From Anthoceros angustus (lineage: Eukaryota; Plantae; Anthocerotophyta): DNA of 64,000 nt. The stretch lies in NCBI GenBank assembly GCA_010909165.1, contig MU008177.1, forward strand, positions 1,054,001 to 1,118,000, given 5' to 3'. Below the pieces are notes generated by a model, which was given only the letters and a program-made list of their open reading frames with translations, made no database searches and was not told the origin of the DNA. The position numbers were made by a program, and so were the translations under genes. Numbering within the stretch: position 1 is the first letter of the stretch; each line of letters starts with the position of its first letter. Of the stretch, positions 50,633 to 62,020 are shown in pieces.

Positions 50633-50783
50633 TGTTAAATATGAAAGGGTGCTGCTAGTTAGGGTTGATTATGTGAATCGTTTTAAGGGTTACATATATA
50701 GCAAGACCATATGTACTTTTTGATTACACTTCTGTTATTTTTATCAATTGCAAGTCTGAATTTCGCTCCTCGCAAAATAAACA
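50633..50783 (+). repeat. 3' LTR of the truncated Copia
   Basis: TGTT...AACA after the PPT; related to the LTR-like segments at 1351, 1894, 7222 and 11276. Confidence 0.75.
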
Positions 50784-51457
50784 TTGCTCAAGGAAGGGGG
50801 CAAGTTCTTGGCTTCTGGCTCGACCCAGTATTCAAGCGTTTCGTATTGCACTAGCAACTTTTTCCACTGCGATGTGTTTTCGCTTGGGCTTGGTCCATCC
50901 TCTGCCTTGCTCTCTTTCAACTTGCAGTTGCGGGGCCCCTCCCGATGACTCCGGGATGCACTTGGCTCGTTGTCCCACGGGTGGGCAGCGTATCGCTACG
51001 CATGATGCCGTTCGGGACGCTTGCAAATGGATACCCGATGGCCATTAAGGCCGGCACGTGTGTCCGCACGGCCCTCCACGGCCACGACATATACCTATGT
51101 ATGTGCTTGCCCATCACCATGCTATGGTGAGTCATGCATAATCCGAACCGGCACAAAAGTTTTGGCGCTTCTACATACCACCAACACGGGACATGAGAAA
51201 GCCGCCGTCCCTACCCGCTACACGTTACTAATAATACTTGTTTAAGGCTCCAAAGTGCACCCTGGCTCACAAGCTTATGGTATGTGAACTCCCGTCATTT
51301 GCATAGCGTGAGATGCGAGTTTAGAGCGGCATGTTCAATCTTTGCTTTCAAGCGCTCTTCTGATTAGGGATAGGGATTTTGGTTAAAGGTTGAGATTAGG
51401 GTTAGGGTTATGGTTTTTTCTCTTTGGGACAGGGGAATGTGATTTACGAATAATAAT

Positions 51458-53348
51458 ATGGATTTGAGTTCTTGTATTAACTTAGAAGAGTTACCAACTA
51501 ACACACCTTTTGTGGTGCAGCTTCCTAAATTAGGGTTATTTAACCATACCGACCTAAACTGGGTTTCTTCTCAATATGACCATTCTAGGGCACCAGCAAA
51601 AACATGTGAAGGTGGCTCACATACTCTTTTCTAGAGTGGGAGACTTTATTGGGGAATGAGTGCTATAAGTTCCCATCCTACGAACTTCTACAAGAAGGAT
51701 TCTAAGGGCCGGAGTTTACCTCACCTCAAAATCGACAAAGGCATACATCATATGTTAGGTAAGAAGGTTTGAAGTATGTAAATTGTTTTATTACTTAGGA
51801 GGCATTAACATTGTGAGGTGGCTTGCGTATTGGTGTTCTTACTACCCGGAAGACTTTCGCCAAAAGGAGGTGGAGTGTCACGTGGTGCCACATACAAATG
51901 TAAGGTCCTCCGTGGAGAGAGTGTCAAGCATGGTTGCCAAGCAAATTTTAGGTGAAGAAACTTCTCCGTGGCCTAAGGTTGAGATTGGTCTTTTGAACAT
52001 AGGCATACCGACCTTTCAAATGCTATATGTCATGGGCCCGGTACGGCTTACCCGTGATGTCGAGCGCATGGCTTTCACAAGAAAAGAAGGATTGGATCGC
52101 ATTGCCTATATTGCAAAGTTCCCTGATGAAATAATGCGCTCAAGATCAAGATGCATTGTATGCTCGAATCAACAATCGATGTAGGTATATAAACTAGTAA
52201 GAGATGATTATATGCAAAGATATGATGTTCTCAATATACACACAAGTTGAAGTTGGTGAATGGAAGCTAGCCCCTGATGATGCCACATCGTTGTCCCGTG
52301 GTTGGAGCAAAATGCGCCTATAGTCTTCCACCAATCAAGCGAGAATCAACCTTCGCTTTGGGTATTCAAACTCCTTTTATGTTAAATTGCATGTTGCTTT
52401 ATGGGAATGGTAATGTGCTAGCTATGGATGCAACTTTTGGGTTGAATGTATCGCTACCACTTATTCACTGTGATGGGTTTTGACCATTACTTGAACGGTG
52501 TTCCGTAGCATGGGCTATTACAAAAGATGCTACCACCGAGTCACTTGTCGTGGCTTTATTACTAAGAAGGTTGAAAAGATCAACAAGGATTGGACACCTA
52601 GTTCATTCCTTGTTGATGATGTCGCGTAGATTTCGCTATTCGCCTGTGGAATCATAACATACCTATATTATTATGCTTGTGGCATGTGCGAAAAGCGTGG
52701 AGACGGAATTTATTGAAGAAAGTGCACTCACAAAGTAATCGAATTTCAATATGGGCAGAGCTAGGGGATATTATGTATGTCACAGGGGCAAGCACATCTT
52801 CACAGTGTGTTTCCATAGGAAGAAGTATGCTACACAATTTTTATGACAAGTGGGGAACAAGTGAAGGAGACTTTGTGAGATATATGAAGGTCCAATGGGG
52901 AGAGACTATAGATATGTGGTTGTGTAATGCTAGAATGTTGCCTCATGCAGGGCAACATACAACTTCATGGAAGGATTCCATAGATTTATAAAAGAACGCA
53001 AAGATTTAGCAAGTCAAGTTTGCTCGGCGTAGACTAGACGTTACTACACCAATTAGTGAATGTGGTTGCGACATTATTGGTACCAAGACTTCACAAAAGA
53101 AGGGGATACAGCATAACAAGAAGTGGAGGCTTTGGAGGAAACCGCTATGAAGGGTGCGAAACTATTCCTATTAGCTCGCTTATTTTACCGCATGCGAAAA
53201 TGTTGTTGCACATTGTTTGTCTTCATCGACCCCTAACTTGTGGTATGTGATTGAACATGTTTACCTCCTTGGGCTACATGCTCATGTCCAATGGGGAACA
53301 AAGGTTTCATCCGCAAGCATGTGGTGAAAGTTCAACAACTCATGCTAG
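51458..53348 (+). pseudogene. MULE-type transposase / SWIM zinc-finger remnant
   Basis: YWCSYYPEDF, FALGIQTP..L..MLLYGNGNVLAMDATFG, WTPSSFLVDD, LCLWHVRKAW..NL.KK, and SWIM TCSC...G...KHVVKV directly before the inserted retroelement. Confidence 0.8.
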
Positions 53349-53901
53349 TGTGATACTAATCTACGCACTTGGGTTTAGTGTTTGATTAGCATTAATTAAT
53401 CTAATTACTTATCTTTAAGTAAGTAATTAGTGTTAATTAATCTAAAGTGCTTATGTTAATTAAGCGTTGATTAGTGTTAATTAATCTAATGTGCTTATGT
53501 TAATTAAGCATTGATTAGTGTTAATTAAACATGGTTAGCAATAGCTAAGTGGATAAGCTCAAGTAATATTTCCTTGCATATTATAGTGTATTCTTAGGAT
53601 ACAATAGCTAAGTGGATAAGCTCAAGTAATATGCTTTGGCATATTCCTTGCATATTATAGTGTATTCTTAGGATATTTCGGCATATCGATGCCAATAGGA
53701 TATCTTAGGAATATGATGCCAGGTCTAGTATATAGACCCTTCCATTGAGGACAAGCTCGATCATAGCTTGTCCTCTAGATATGCAATGCAAGAGCGAGGA
53801 GGCCAAAGCTATGACCCGAGGCGATGTGTGAGGAATTTGCGTGTTGTTCTCGTGGGAGAGTGTGTTTGTGCCACGACGTGCTACTCCTCCCTGTTGTTAC
53901 A
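53349..53901 (+). repeat. Terminal repeat A1 (LTR-like, TGT...ACA)
   Basis: Near-identical to 61373-61924; contains internal 44-bp TTAATTAA-rich and ~65-77-bp tandem duplications. Confidence 0.9.
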
Positions 53902-53917
53902 AGCTATGATCTCGGCA

Positions 53918-54047
53918 CTAGGTGATGCTAGGCGATGCTAGGCGATGCTAGGCGTGCTAGGCGATGCTAGGCGCTAGGCGATGCTAGGCGATGCTAGGCG
54001 ATGCTAGGCGATGCTAGGTGATGCGAAGGCTGCTAGGCGCTAGGCGA
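53918..54047. repeat. 10-bp minisatellite (ctaggcgatg)n
   Basis: About 13 copies, some degenerate. Confidence 0.92.
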
Positions 54048-54096
54048 GCCACGAGGCAACGCTAGTTCTTTAAGCAAGTGCAAGGGACTAAGTGTG

Positions 54097-54416
54097 CCCA
54101 AGGCTTAGGCCAAGGAGAGAGGCAAGAAGCCCAAGTCCAAGGCCAAGGAGAGGAGGAGAAGAAGCCCAAGCCCAAGGCCAAGGAGAGGAGGCAGCCCAAG
54201 CCCAAGGCCAAGGAGAGGAGGCAAGAAGCCCAAGTCCAAGGCCAAGGAGAGAGGCGAAGCCCAAGTCCAAGGCCAAGGAGAGGAGGAGAAGAAGCCCAAG
54301 CCCAAGGCCAAGGAGAGAGGAGGCGAAGAAGCCCAAGTCCAAGGCCAAGGAGAGGAGGCGAAGAAGCCCAAGTCCAAGGCCAAGGAGAGGAGGCAAGAAG
54401 CCTACCAAGGAGAGGA
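54097..54416. repeat. Purine-rich ~30-33-bp minisatellite (aagcccaagtccaaggccaaggagaggagg...)
   Basis: About 10 copies; this accounts for the low-complexity ORFs in all frames. Confidence 0.92.
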
Positions 54417-54575
54417 ATGAGGCTCCAAAGGCCTTTAAGGCCAACCAACCAAGGGAGAAACAAGAGTATTTTACTCTTGGGCCCTGGATTCAAGGGATAA
54501 GGGGAAGCGGATAGACATGGGTATGTCATCAGTCCATGTGATTTCACTTTCTGTCCAAAAGTCCTAGTTTGTCGG

Positions 54576-54626
54576 CACCCCATCCAGGTACTGATCCACC
54601 CCACGGGTGCTTAACTCTGGAGTTCC
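54576..54626 (-). other. 5S rRNA-derived segment (internal Pol III promoter boxes), Cassandra/SINE3-like; not a 5S gene
   Basis: Minus strand ggaactccagagttaagcacccgtggggtggatcagtacctggatggggtg compared with plant 5S agaactccgcagttaagcgtgcttgggcgagagtagtactaggatgggtg (recalled). The 5S 5' and 3' ends are absent. Confidence 0.7.
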
Positions 54627-57275
54627 TACGTCTTTGCTATCCAACTCACCCACTTCTTTTGACTATGATATAGCCTGCAGAGTATTTCTATGCGATTTTA
54701 ACATGCATACATACTTAGAGGTTTCACTAATCACGATCTAAGATAGCGGGGTGTGTTAACCTTGATTAAGGGTTTGATCTAGCCACTAACCGCCTGGAGT
54801 GCTCGACACACTCGATCCGGACGGAGCTACCAACCAACAAGTCCATCGAGCGAATTCAAGTCCCGACCAAGAGGGAGAAGTGCCACCGATTTTGGTACCA
54901 CAAGGACGCGGAGGAACCCAGACACACAATCAACAATCTTTGAAGGATCCGTGAGTGGCAACACACAAGACACGTTAGTGCTGCCGGACAACTCGGAAGC
55001 GAGAGGAGGACTTGTCTCTTGGAGTCGTCAAGATGGGAGGAGACAAGGATCGAATGGAGTTGTTCACAGACGAGCGGCACCTTGCCACCGGAGGACTTCA
55101 TCGAGAAGTACGGTGTGTGCGGAGATGGAATTGAAGACCGGATACACGAAGCGATACGGCTTCATCCAAATGCAAGTACTTGGGGATGAAGCATTGGCGT
55201 GCTATCGCGAGCACAAGGCGAGGCTGTTGAGCGCACATGGAGGACCAGTGAGTAGCAGTTCAAGCTCAAGGAACCAGACGGGGCGGTGGCACCGAGTGGG
55301 CACGATCCCATCAAGAGATGTTTGACATCTTCCTACCGGAGTTCCTGCAAGCACGGATGAGAAGATCTCGTGACACACACTTCAAGATGAAGTCAGCGAG
55401 ACTGCAAGATGGCTTATCAAGAATCGACCAGTTGGTACGTGACACCAAGATCATGAGTGACCGACCGCAGAGAAGTACTTGGGCATTGCCATATGCACGC
55501 ATGAAGGTGCAACAAGCGGTGCATGCACGGGGGCAACACTACACCCTCAAGGAAGTGTACGAGATGGTCGACAAGATAGGGCCCGCGACACTTTCTCTCG
55601 CTGTCAAGTGATTACTCCAAAGACAAGTAGGAGTGGTGGACGACATGACCGACGCGGAGGTCGAGTGGAGGAGCTCGGCGAGACAAGCCAGCCCACCCCA
55701 AGTGACGAGCCCCGTGAGGTGCCGAGGACGGACCATTCCCTCATGAGTGCGAGCATGCATTCGGAGGAGTCAAGGGTGAGGAGCCATGCCCTAGGTGTGG
55801 AGGTACGGCACAATGAAGCGGCATGTTGGAGAAGCATCCGAATTGCGGCCTACGGGTTATCGAGCAGCAACCCCGCCAATGCATCCGCCAACCTCATCCA
55901 CAAAATCGAAGAGCAAAGGCGCCGTGGAGGAGGCACCCAAGTCCCGTGGACAAAAGAAACGGGAAGCATCAAAGAAGACGATGGATGCACGTGGCACGCC
56001 TTGCAAAGCTGGAGAAGTTGGTGCGGAAGGCGAAGATCAAGGAGAGCAGTTCATCATCGAGGACGAAGAAGATGAGCACAAGCTTGGATACATGTCGTGA
56101 CCGATCCAAGGGCAGGAAGAAACCGCAGCTACGAGAGAAGATAGCTCGAGGAAGAAGAGGATGTCTTGACACCGAGCGGAAGACACGGAAGGAAGCTTCG
56201 GATCCTCTTCCCGAACCTATGCCAAGATGCCAAAGTCGTTTGAGCCATTGCCAGGAGCAACTGTGGAGCAACATCAAAGTCCAGTGGGCGATGTGGAGAA
56301 ACCCATGCGATTGCGACGGAGACGATGGCACAAAAGCTCGGAGATGCCATGTTTCACCTACAAGACATGGGGTTGAGCGTGAAGGAAGTCAGGGGTTTGA
56401 CTCGGCGGATGTTGACAACCCTTGAAGACGAAGCAAGTGTCGACAATGTGCCACAACAGGTGGCAATGATGTCATTGCTGACCTCGGAGCCAAGCATCTC
56501 TGTGGAGAAGCGGAATGCTGCACGAGTGGGAGTGGCTTTGGTCAACAATCAAGAGAGGCACATTGAAATCAATGGATTCGCACCAAGGAGGGTGTTGATT
56601 GACACCGGAGCACAGCCGGTGATCGTTGGAAGAAGAGTGAAGGAAGCGTTGGGTCTCCACCAAGAAAGGTTGAAGGAAACCAAGTGGAAGATCCACACAC
56701 CGGGACCACGGAGCATGTGTTGGGGTGACAAGGTACAAGCTGAAGGTTTCATTCAAAACAAACAGACTTCACCTTTGTCGAGGTACACCGCTTGGTCACC
56801 GATGCGACACTTTTGATGTCTTGGGAGCGGACGCTTTGTACAAACCTCGAGTCATGGTGGATTTGTGGACGGAGACATACTATCGACCAGCCGGAGAAGC
56901 TGGAGCAAAACCGATGAACGGATTGCCCGCATCCCTCTACACTGCATGGCAAGGATCATGAGAACCTCATTGCCAACAGCGTCTACCCGTGTTTGGCGCC
57001 AGAGTGAAGGACACGCCATACGTGCTTGAACCTCTTGGCGTGTGTCTAACAACCGCAATCGACCCGATGGAGGATTTCGAGGAGGAGGAAAACAAGCTAG
57101 GGTTGCAACCACCCGGAGGAGGTTCTTCAAGTCACTGGACGGAGCTGGTGATGCAGCAATGAGCAAAAGTGTGGAGGATGGTGCAAGAGGACCGGTCCTA
57201 TGAGAGAACTAAGTTCTTGCCTAGGGTTGAGCCTGTTTGTGACCTAAACACCTGTGTCATCACATGGCGACCTCG

Positions 57276-58160
57276 GAAGACGGCATAGTGCTCGTGGAAC
57301 TCTTTGGAGGCATCGACGGCTTGAAGCTAAAGTGTGGCATCAAAGTGCGAAGATACGTGCATTGTGACCCGGATCCAAAAGCAAGGATTGTGTCACGAAG
57401 CGTAAGAGACTTGATGGGGAGTACTAACCTCCGACGTGGAGTGTGAAGGGTTACCTATACCGCCGATGGATGTTCGCATGATAGGGTTGTCCCATTTGAG
57501 TTGTCTTGGGCAACCGTGGACCTTGTCATCGCAGTTGGGAGTGTCAAGGACTATCCTCTGCAGTAAGGGTCAAGGTCTCAAGGATCCATAACAGCATTGT
57601 TCTATGACTGATGAGGATCTTGCGCTTGATCCGTAAAGGGCAAGAAAGGCCTTGTGGATACATGTTGGAGAATGTGCCAAGATGCATGAGCGTGAAGAAG
57701 CAAGTTCGGAGGACTTTGCCACGATCCGAGGAGTGTTGGGTCGAGCTTCTATTGGATGCACTCAATTTGGTTCGAGGGCTCATAGGTTGAGGTCCATGTG
57801 GACTAACCTTGCTCCTTGGAACATTTGAAGTGTGCGAGGTCGCTCACCAAGCGACCTAATCATGTTGTCAAGGATGTGCTAGCATCGGAAGGCATGCCCA
57901 ACAAGTCATCAAGACTGCCGCCGCACTTCCTGTGAACACGCCTGACACCCCATGGCGGCTTGGCCAACCTTTGTGTCTAAGTCCAAGTCTTACGCCTTCA
58001 GGAACCATGGCCCCGGTGGTGGATGACATGGCGAGGTTTTGGGAGAGCCACCACGAGAGGAGTTGGCCATGGATTTGATGCCGGAGCAAGACACCGGAGT
58101 GACCGAGAAGGAACGGTGTCGATTGCTTGGGCAAGCATTTGACGTGAACATGATGACTGG
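57276..58160 (+). pseudogene. DNMT3-like C5 cytosine DNA methyltransferase domain within retrotransposon pol (frameshifted)
   Basis: Motifs in canonical order: I IVLVELFGGI, II KVRRYVHCD, III DVR.I, IV VDLVIA.WECQGLS (catalytic Cys), VI YMLENVP, VIII LDA.QFGSRAHRLRSMWTNL, IX/X RELAM...ERCRLLGQAFDVN. Confidence 0.88.
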
Positions 58161-61061
58161 TTGTTTAGCGCCGAGTCGCTTACCAACTTCAAACCAAGAA
58201 GGCGGGGTTGAAGCGGGTTCGGTGGGTGAAGGATATTCCGACTCGCATCTCAACAGGAGAAGGCGAGTTTGGAGGGCAAGGAGAGCGAGCACGTAGAGGA
58301 AGCGTGCAAGCCATCGAGCCACGCCCACATGAGTGGTTAACAGGCCGAGTTGAAGAGCAATCAACGGCCGCCTAAAGGAGTTGTTGGAGGCATCGCGACA
58401 TGTGTTTGCTTTCACGCTATGGAGATGGGGAAGTACACCAAAGGGAAGTTCCACATAGAATCGACCACGGATGAACCAAAGTGTTCAGAGAGGGTGAAGG
58501 CTGAGTGGGATTTGGTTGAGAATCGATGCCAAGAGCTTCTCAAGCTAGGGCTGATTCGACGATCTAACTCGCAGTACGCAGCTGCGACAGTGCTTCCGAA
58601 AAAGAAGGATGAGAATGGATTGTGGACGGAGAGGAGAATGTGTGGTGACTATCGGCCGTTGAACGAGCGAATCCCACATGACCACTATCCCATGCCGACG
58701 GCCGAAGAGATCTTCGACACCATTGGGTCTGCCAAGTTCTTCTCAACATTGGACTTGAGGCTAGGGTTTCACCAAGTAGAGATCGCCGAAGAAGACAAGA
58801 AGAAAACGGCGTTCTGGGGCAGAGATTGCTTGTACGAGTGGAACTACATGCCATTTGGGTTGAAGACATCGCCAACGCAGTTCCAAAGATACATGGACAA
58901 TGAGCTCAAGGACTTGCCTTTCGCCAAGTGCTACATTGATGATGTCATCATCTTCAGCAATACCTTTGAGGAGCATCTACAACATCTTCGAGCAGTCTTT
59001 GCTAGACTGGCTGCCTGGGTTGAAGGCCCATCCAGGGAAGTGTCGATTTGGAGAGGACAAGGTGTTGTACTTGGGTCATTGGATCACGCCTGACGGGATC
59101 TCGCCGCATGCCACCAAGGTGGAGGCAATCGCGCGCATTCCCAGGCCAAACGACATCTCGAAGTTGAGGGCATTCTTGGGGTTGGCAGGTTACTACAGGA
59201 AGTTCATTCCGCGGATGAGCAGGATTGCGCGGCCATTGAATGACTTGTTGAAGAAGTTGGTGACTTGGCGTTGGACTCAAGAGGAGGAGTCAGCTTTCAT
59301 GGAGTTGAAGGGTAGACTCATGAGCTCGCCAATTCTTGGTCATCCAAACTTGAAGCGCTCGATTTTACATCGATTGGAGCAAGTACGATAGGCGCCTTGG
59401 CGCAGATCAATGACAAGGAAGAGGAACATGTCATTGCCTATGCCACGGAGCAACAACCAAAGCGGAGTCCAACTACTCTGCCTATGAAGGAGAATGTCTT
59501 GCAGCAGTGTGGGCAGTGGACACTTTCGTCCGTACTTGTTTGGACATCAATTTCGAGATCACCACCATCAACCCTTGCATTGGTTGATGACGAACGCCAA
59601 GCTTAAGGTGGCGAGGTGGGCTCTCATTCTCCGTGAGTATGACTTTGTCATCGAACACCGAGCGTAGAGTTCACTCTAATGCCGATGGGTTGTCAAGGAA
59701 TCCTCTACCGTAACGAAGACACTAGGGCCGTGCAAGATTCGATGACGAGCAATGGGGAGAGTAGTCCAGATACCATGTTGGCTATGCCGCATGAGGATGT
59801 CAAGATGCCCTCCACTCATCGCTTTGTATGCAGAGTCCGTCAGGGACATCTGGGCGGATGCAATAGCGGTGACCTTCCTAAGGTCGGGAATTGCCACAAG
59901 GGCTTTCATCTCGAGCAGGCCAAGCTACGAGAAGGTGGCTCGATTATTGGAAGGAGGACATAATGTATGTCCGTGATTCTGGGAGATAGAATTGTACCCA
60001 AGCCGGAGGACGGGTGAGACTCATCACCTGTGCATGAAGGCTTAGGGCATTTTGGTGCTAAGCGCACCTACAAGATGCTCAGCCCACACACTTTGGGCAA
60101 GGATGTATGGAGATGTGGAAAGGTCGCACGTCGAGTGTGCGATCGAGTGAAGGCAAGGTTCATACCAATGATGTTGTGCTTCACTCCGATCCGAGGACTC
60201 TTCTACGTGGAGTGTGGATCTCATGCCGACATGCCGAGACGCAGATCGGAAACAAGCATGTCATGCTAATGGTGGAGCATTTCAGCAAGTGGTGCGAGGT
60301 TGCCATCTTACCCAAGCGTGACTCTCACCAAGAAGGCGTTCTTGGCTTCCGTTCTTAGTCGATATGGAGCATGCGAGGTTCTCACCGACCAGGGCAAAGA
60401 ATTCGTGGGGAATTTCAAGACTTGCTTGACAGAGCTTGATTGATCATCGACGCCGAGAGATCATCCTCAAGCCGATGGACTTGCCGAACGCTTGGTGCAC
60501 CTTCAAGCGGCCTTGCGCAAATATTGTCTCACAAATGACCAAGACATGGGATGAAGGGATGCCATACCTAGTGCTAGGGTGTGGTGAGCAATCAAGCACC
60601 TTGAGCAATTTTTCACCATACTACTTGTTGTATGGGCGACAACCATTTTGCCAAACGTGAGGCAAGCAAGGCTACAAGCACTGGATTGGCGCAATGCGGA
60701 TGATTGCCTACGAGACCGGAAAGGCGGGCGAGCTTTTCAAACGGATCATGCCCATGGCAATGGAGAACCTTGCCATAGCGCAACATGGGATCAATGCGCT
60801 ATGCTTACACACGAGGAGGGACATGGAAACCCAAGGTGCGCAAGTTCAAGTTGGAGATTATGTCTACGCGGAAGCCGTGCAACACCTTGGAGGTATCCAC
60901 CACAGTCATCTTGCGGTCGTGCGAGTAGGCAAAGATGGAGTGCTTGAGCTCAAGGATCCGATGGTCAAGATGGAAGGATCACCTCAAGAATCGCGCACCA
61001 TGCCACTTACCCAATTTGGACCCTCAACTACGGCCCATAATGTGGCCCACCCAAAGACTTG

Positions 61062-61196
61062 GAGTGTCGTTTGTGGACGATCGATGATGATGATGTAATG
61101 CTTCTTTGTGATCGGTGCAATAGGGGATACCACATGTTTTGTGTTCAACCACCTCTTGACGACATTCCCGAGGAAGATTGGTTTTGTGCACAATGC
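61062..61196 (+). other. PHD finger (C4HC3) at the integrase C-terminus
   Basis: C.VCGR.DDDDVMLLCDRCNRGYHMFCVQPPLDDIPEEDWFCAQC, with small indels in the first codons. Confidence 0.9.
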
Positions 61197-61267
61197 ACTA
61201 CATGAGGTGCGACGATGTAGTCCTACTAATGATAATGTTTTGACTTGGAGTCTCACATTATCGGGGG

Positions 61268-61372
61268 ATTGGTTTGCACCTATATACCGTATTAGATTTG
61301 TTTGCTTGGTTGTTGGTCGAGGAAGTGCTTATATGAATTCAAGTGCTTACCTCGTATGCATACCGCCATGCC
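61268..61372 (+). repeat. Terminal repeat B1
   Basis: attggtttgcacctatatac...gtgcttatatgaattca, repeated at 61924-61996. It follows the purine tract ggggga. Confidence 0.85.
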
Positions 61373-61924
61373 GTGATACTAATCTGCACTTGGGTTTAGT
61401 GTTTGATTAGCATTAATTAATCTAATTACTTATCTTTAAGTAAGTAATTAGTGTTAATTAATCTAAAGTGCTTATGTTAATTAAGCATTGATTAGTGTTA
61501 ATTAATCTAATGTGCTTATGTTAATTAAGCATTGATTAGTGTTAATTAAACATGGTTAGCAATAGCTAAGTGGATAAGCTCAAGTAATATGCTTTGGCAT
61601 ATTCCTTGCATATTATAGTGTATTCTTAGGATACAATAGCTAAGTGGATAAGCTCAAGTAATATGCTTTGGCATATTCCTTGCATATTATAGTGTATTCT
61701 TAGGATATTTCCGCATACCGATGCCAATAGGATATCTTAGAATAATGCCGGTCTAGTATATAGACCCTTCCATTGAGGACAGCTCGATCATAGCTTGTCC
61801 TCTAGATATGCAATGCAAGAGCGTTGTGAGGAGGCCAAAGCTATGACTCCGGTGAAATGTGAGGAATTTGCACCTCGGGGAGAGTGTGTTTTGTGCCACG
61901 ACGCGAGCTACTCCTCCCGTGTTA
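61373..61924 (+). repeat. Terminal repeat A2
   Basis: Direct repeat of 53350-53899. Confidence 0.9.
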
Positions 61925-62020
61925 TTGGTTTGCACCTATATACTGCGTATTAGATTTGTTTGCTTGGTTGTTGGTCGAAGTGCTTATATGAATTCATGTT
62001 TACTCCGATACAACCTCGCA
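61924..62020 (+). repeat. Terminal repeat B2
   Basis: Direct repeat of B1, near-exact to 61996 and weaker beyond. Confidence 0.82.

Larger units (their letters stand above)
48090..50783 (+). mobile_element. 5'-truncated Ty1/Copia element (RT, RNase H, 3' region, PPT, 3' LTR)
   Basis: ORF 48300-48743 contains KWVFKLK...RYKARLVARGFTQ.EGLDY.ETFSPV...QMDLCTAFLYG..LKQSGR, then LYIDD and an RNase H ending ADVLTKGL. The PPT agagggag is followed by LTR TGTT...AACA at 50633-50783. Confidence 0.93.
53349..62020 (+). mobile_element. Ty3/Gypsy-type retrotransposon carrying a DNMT3-like C5 methyltransferase and a PHD finger, with split A...BAB terminal repeats
   Basis: Domain order: gag-like region (55.3-56.3 kb), protease VLIDTGAQPV, C5-MTase, RT RMCGDYRPLN / FSTLDLRLGFHQ / MPFGLK / YIDDVIIFS, RNase H AFLGLAGYYRKFI, integrase HEGLGHFG / VEHFSKW / VLTDQGKEF / PQADGLAER, PHD. 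The right boundary is approximate. Confidence 0.9.

Noticed and set aside
54062-54604. Several 90-180-aa ORFs (SPSPRPRR, LGLGLG, QGQGE repeats)
   Set aside because: Open in multiple frames on both strands because of a stop-poor minisatellite; no evidence of coding.
54576-54626. Functional 5S rRNA gene
   Set aside because: Only the central ~50 nt are similar; the 5' and 3' stems are missing.
53349-62020. Classification as a DIRS/Ngaro element because of the split repeats and MTase
   Set aside because: It has an aspartic protease, Gypsy-type RT and DDE integrase. I found no tyrosine-recombinase motifs, and the MTase is C5-type rather than the adenine MTase-like domain of DIRS.
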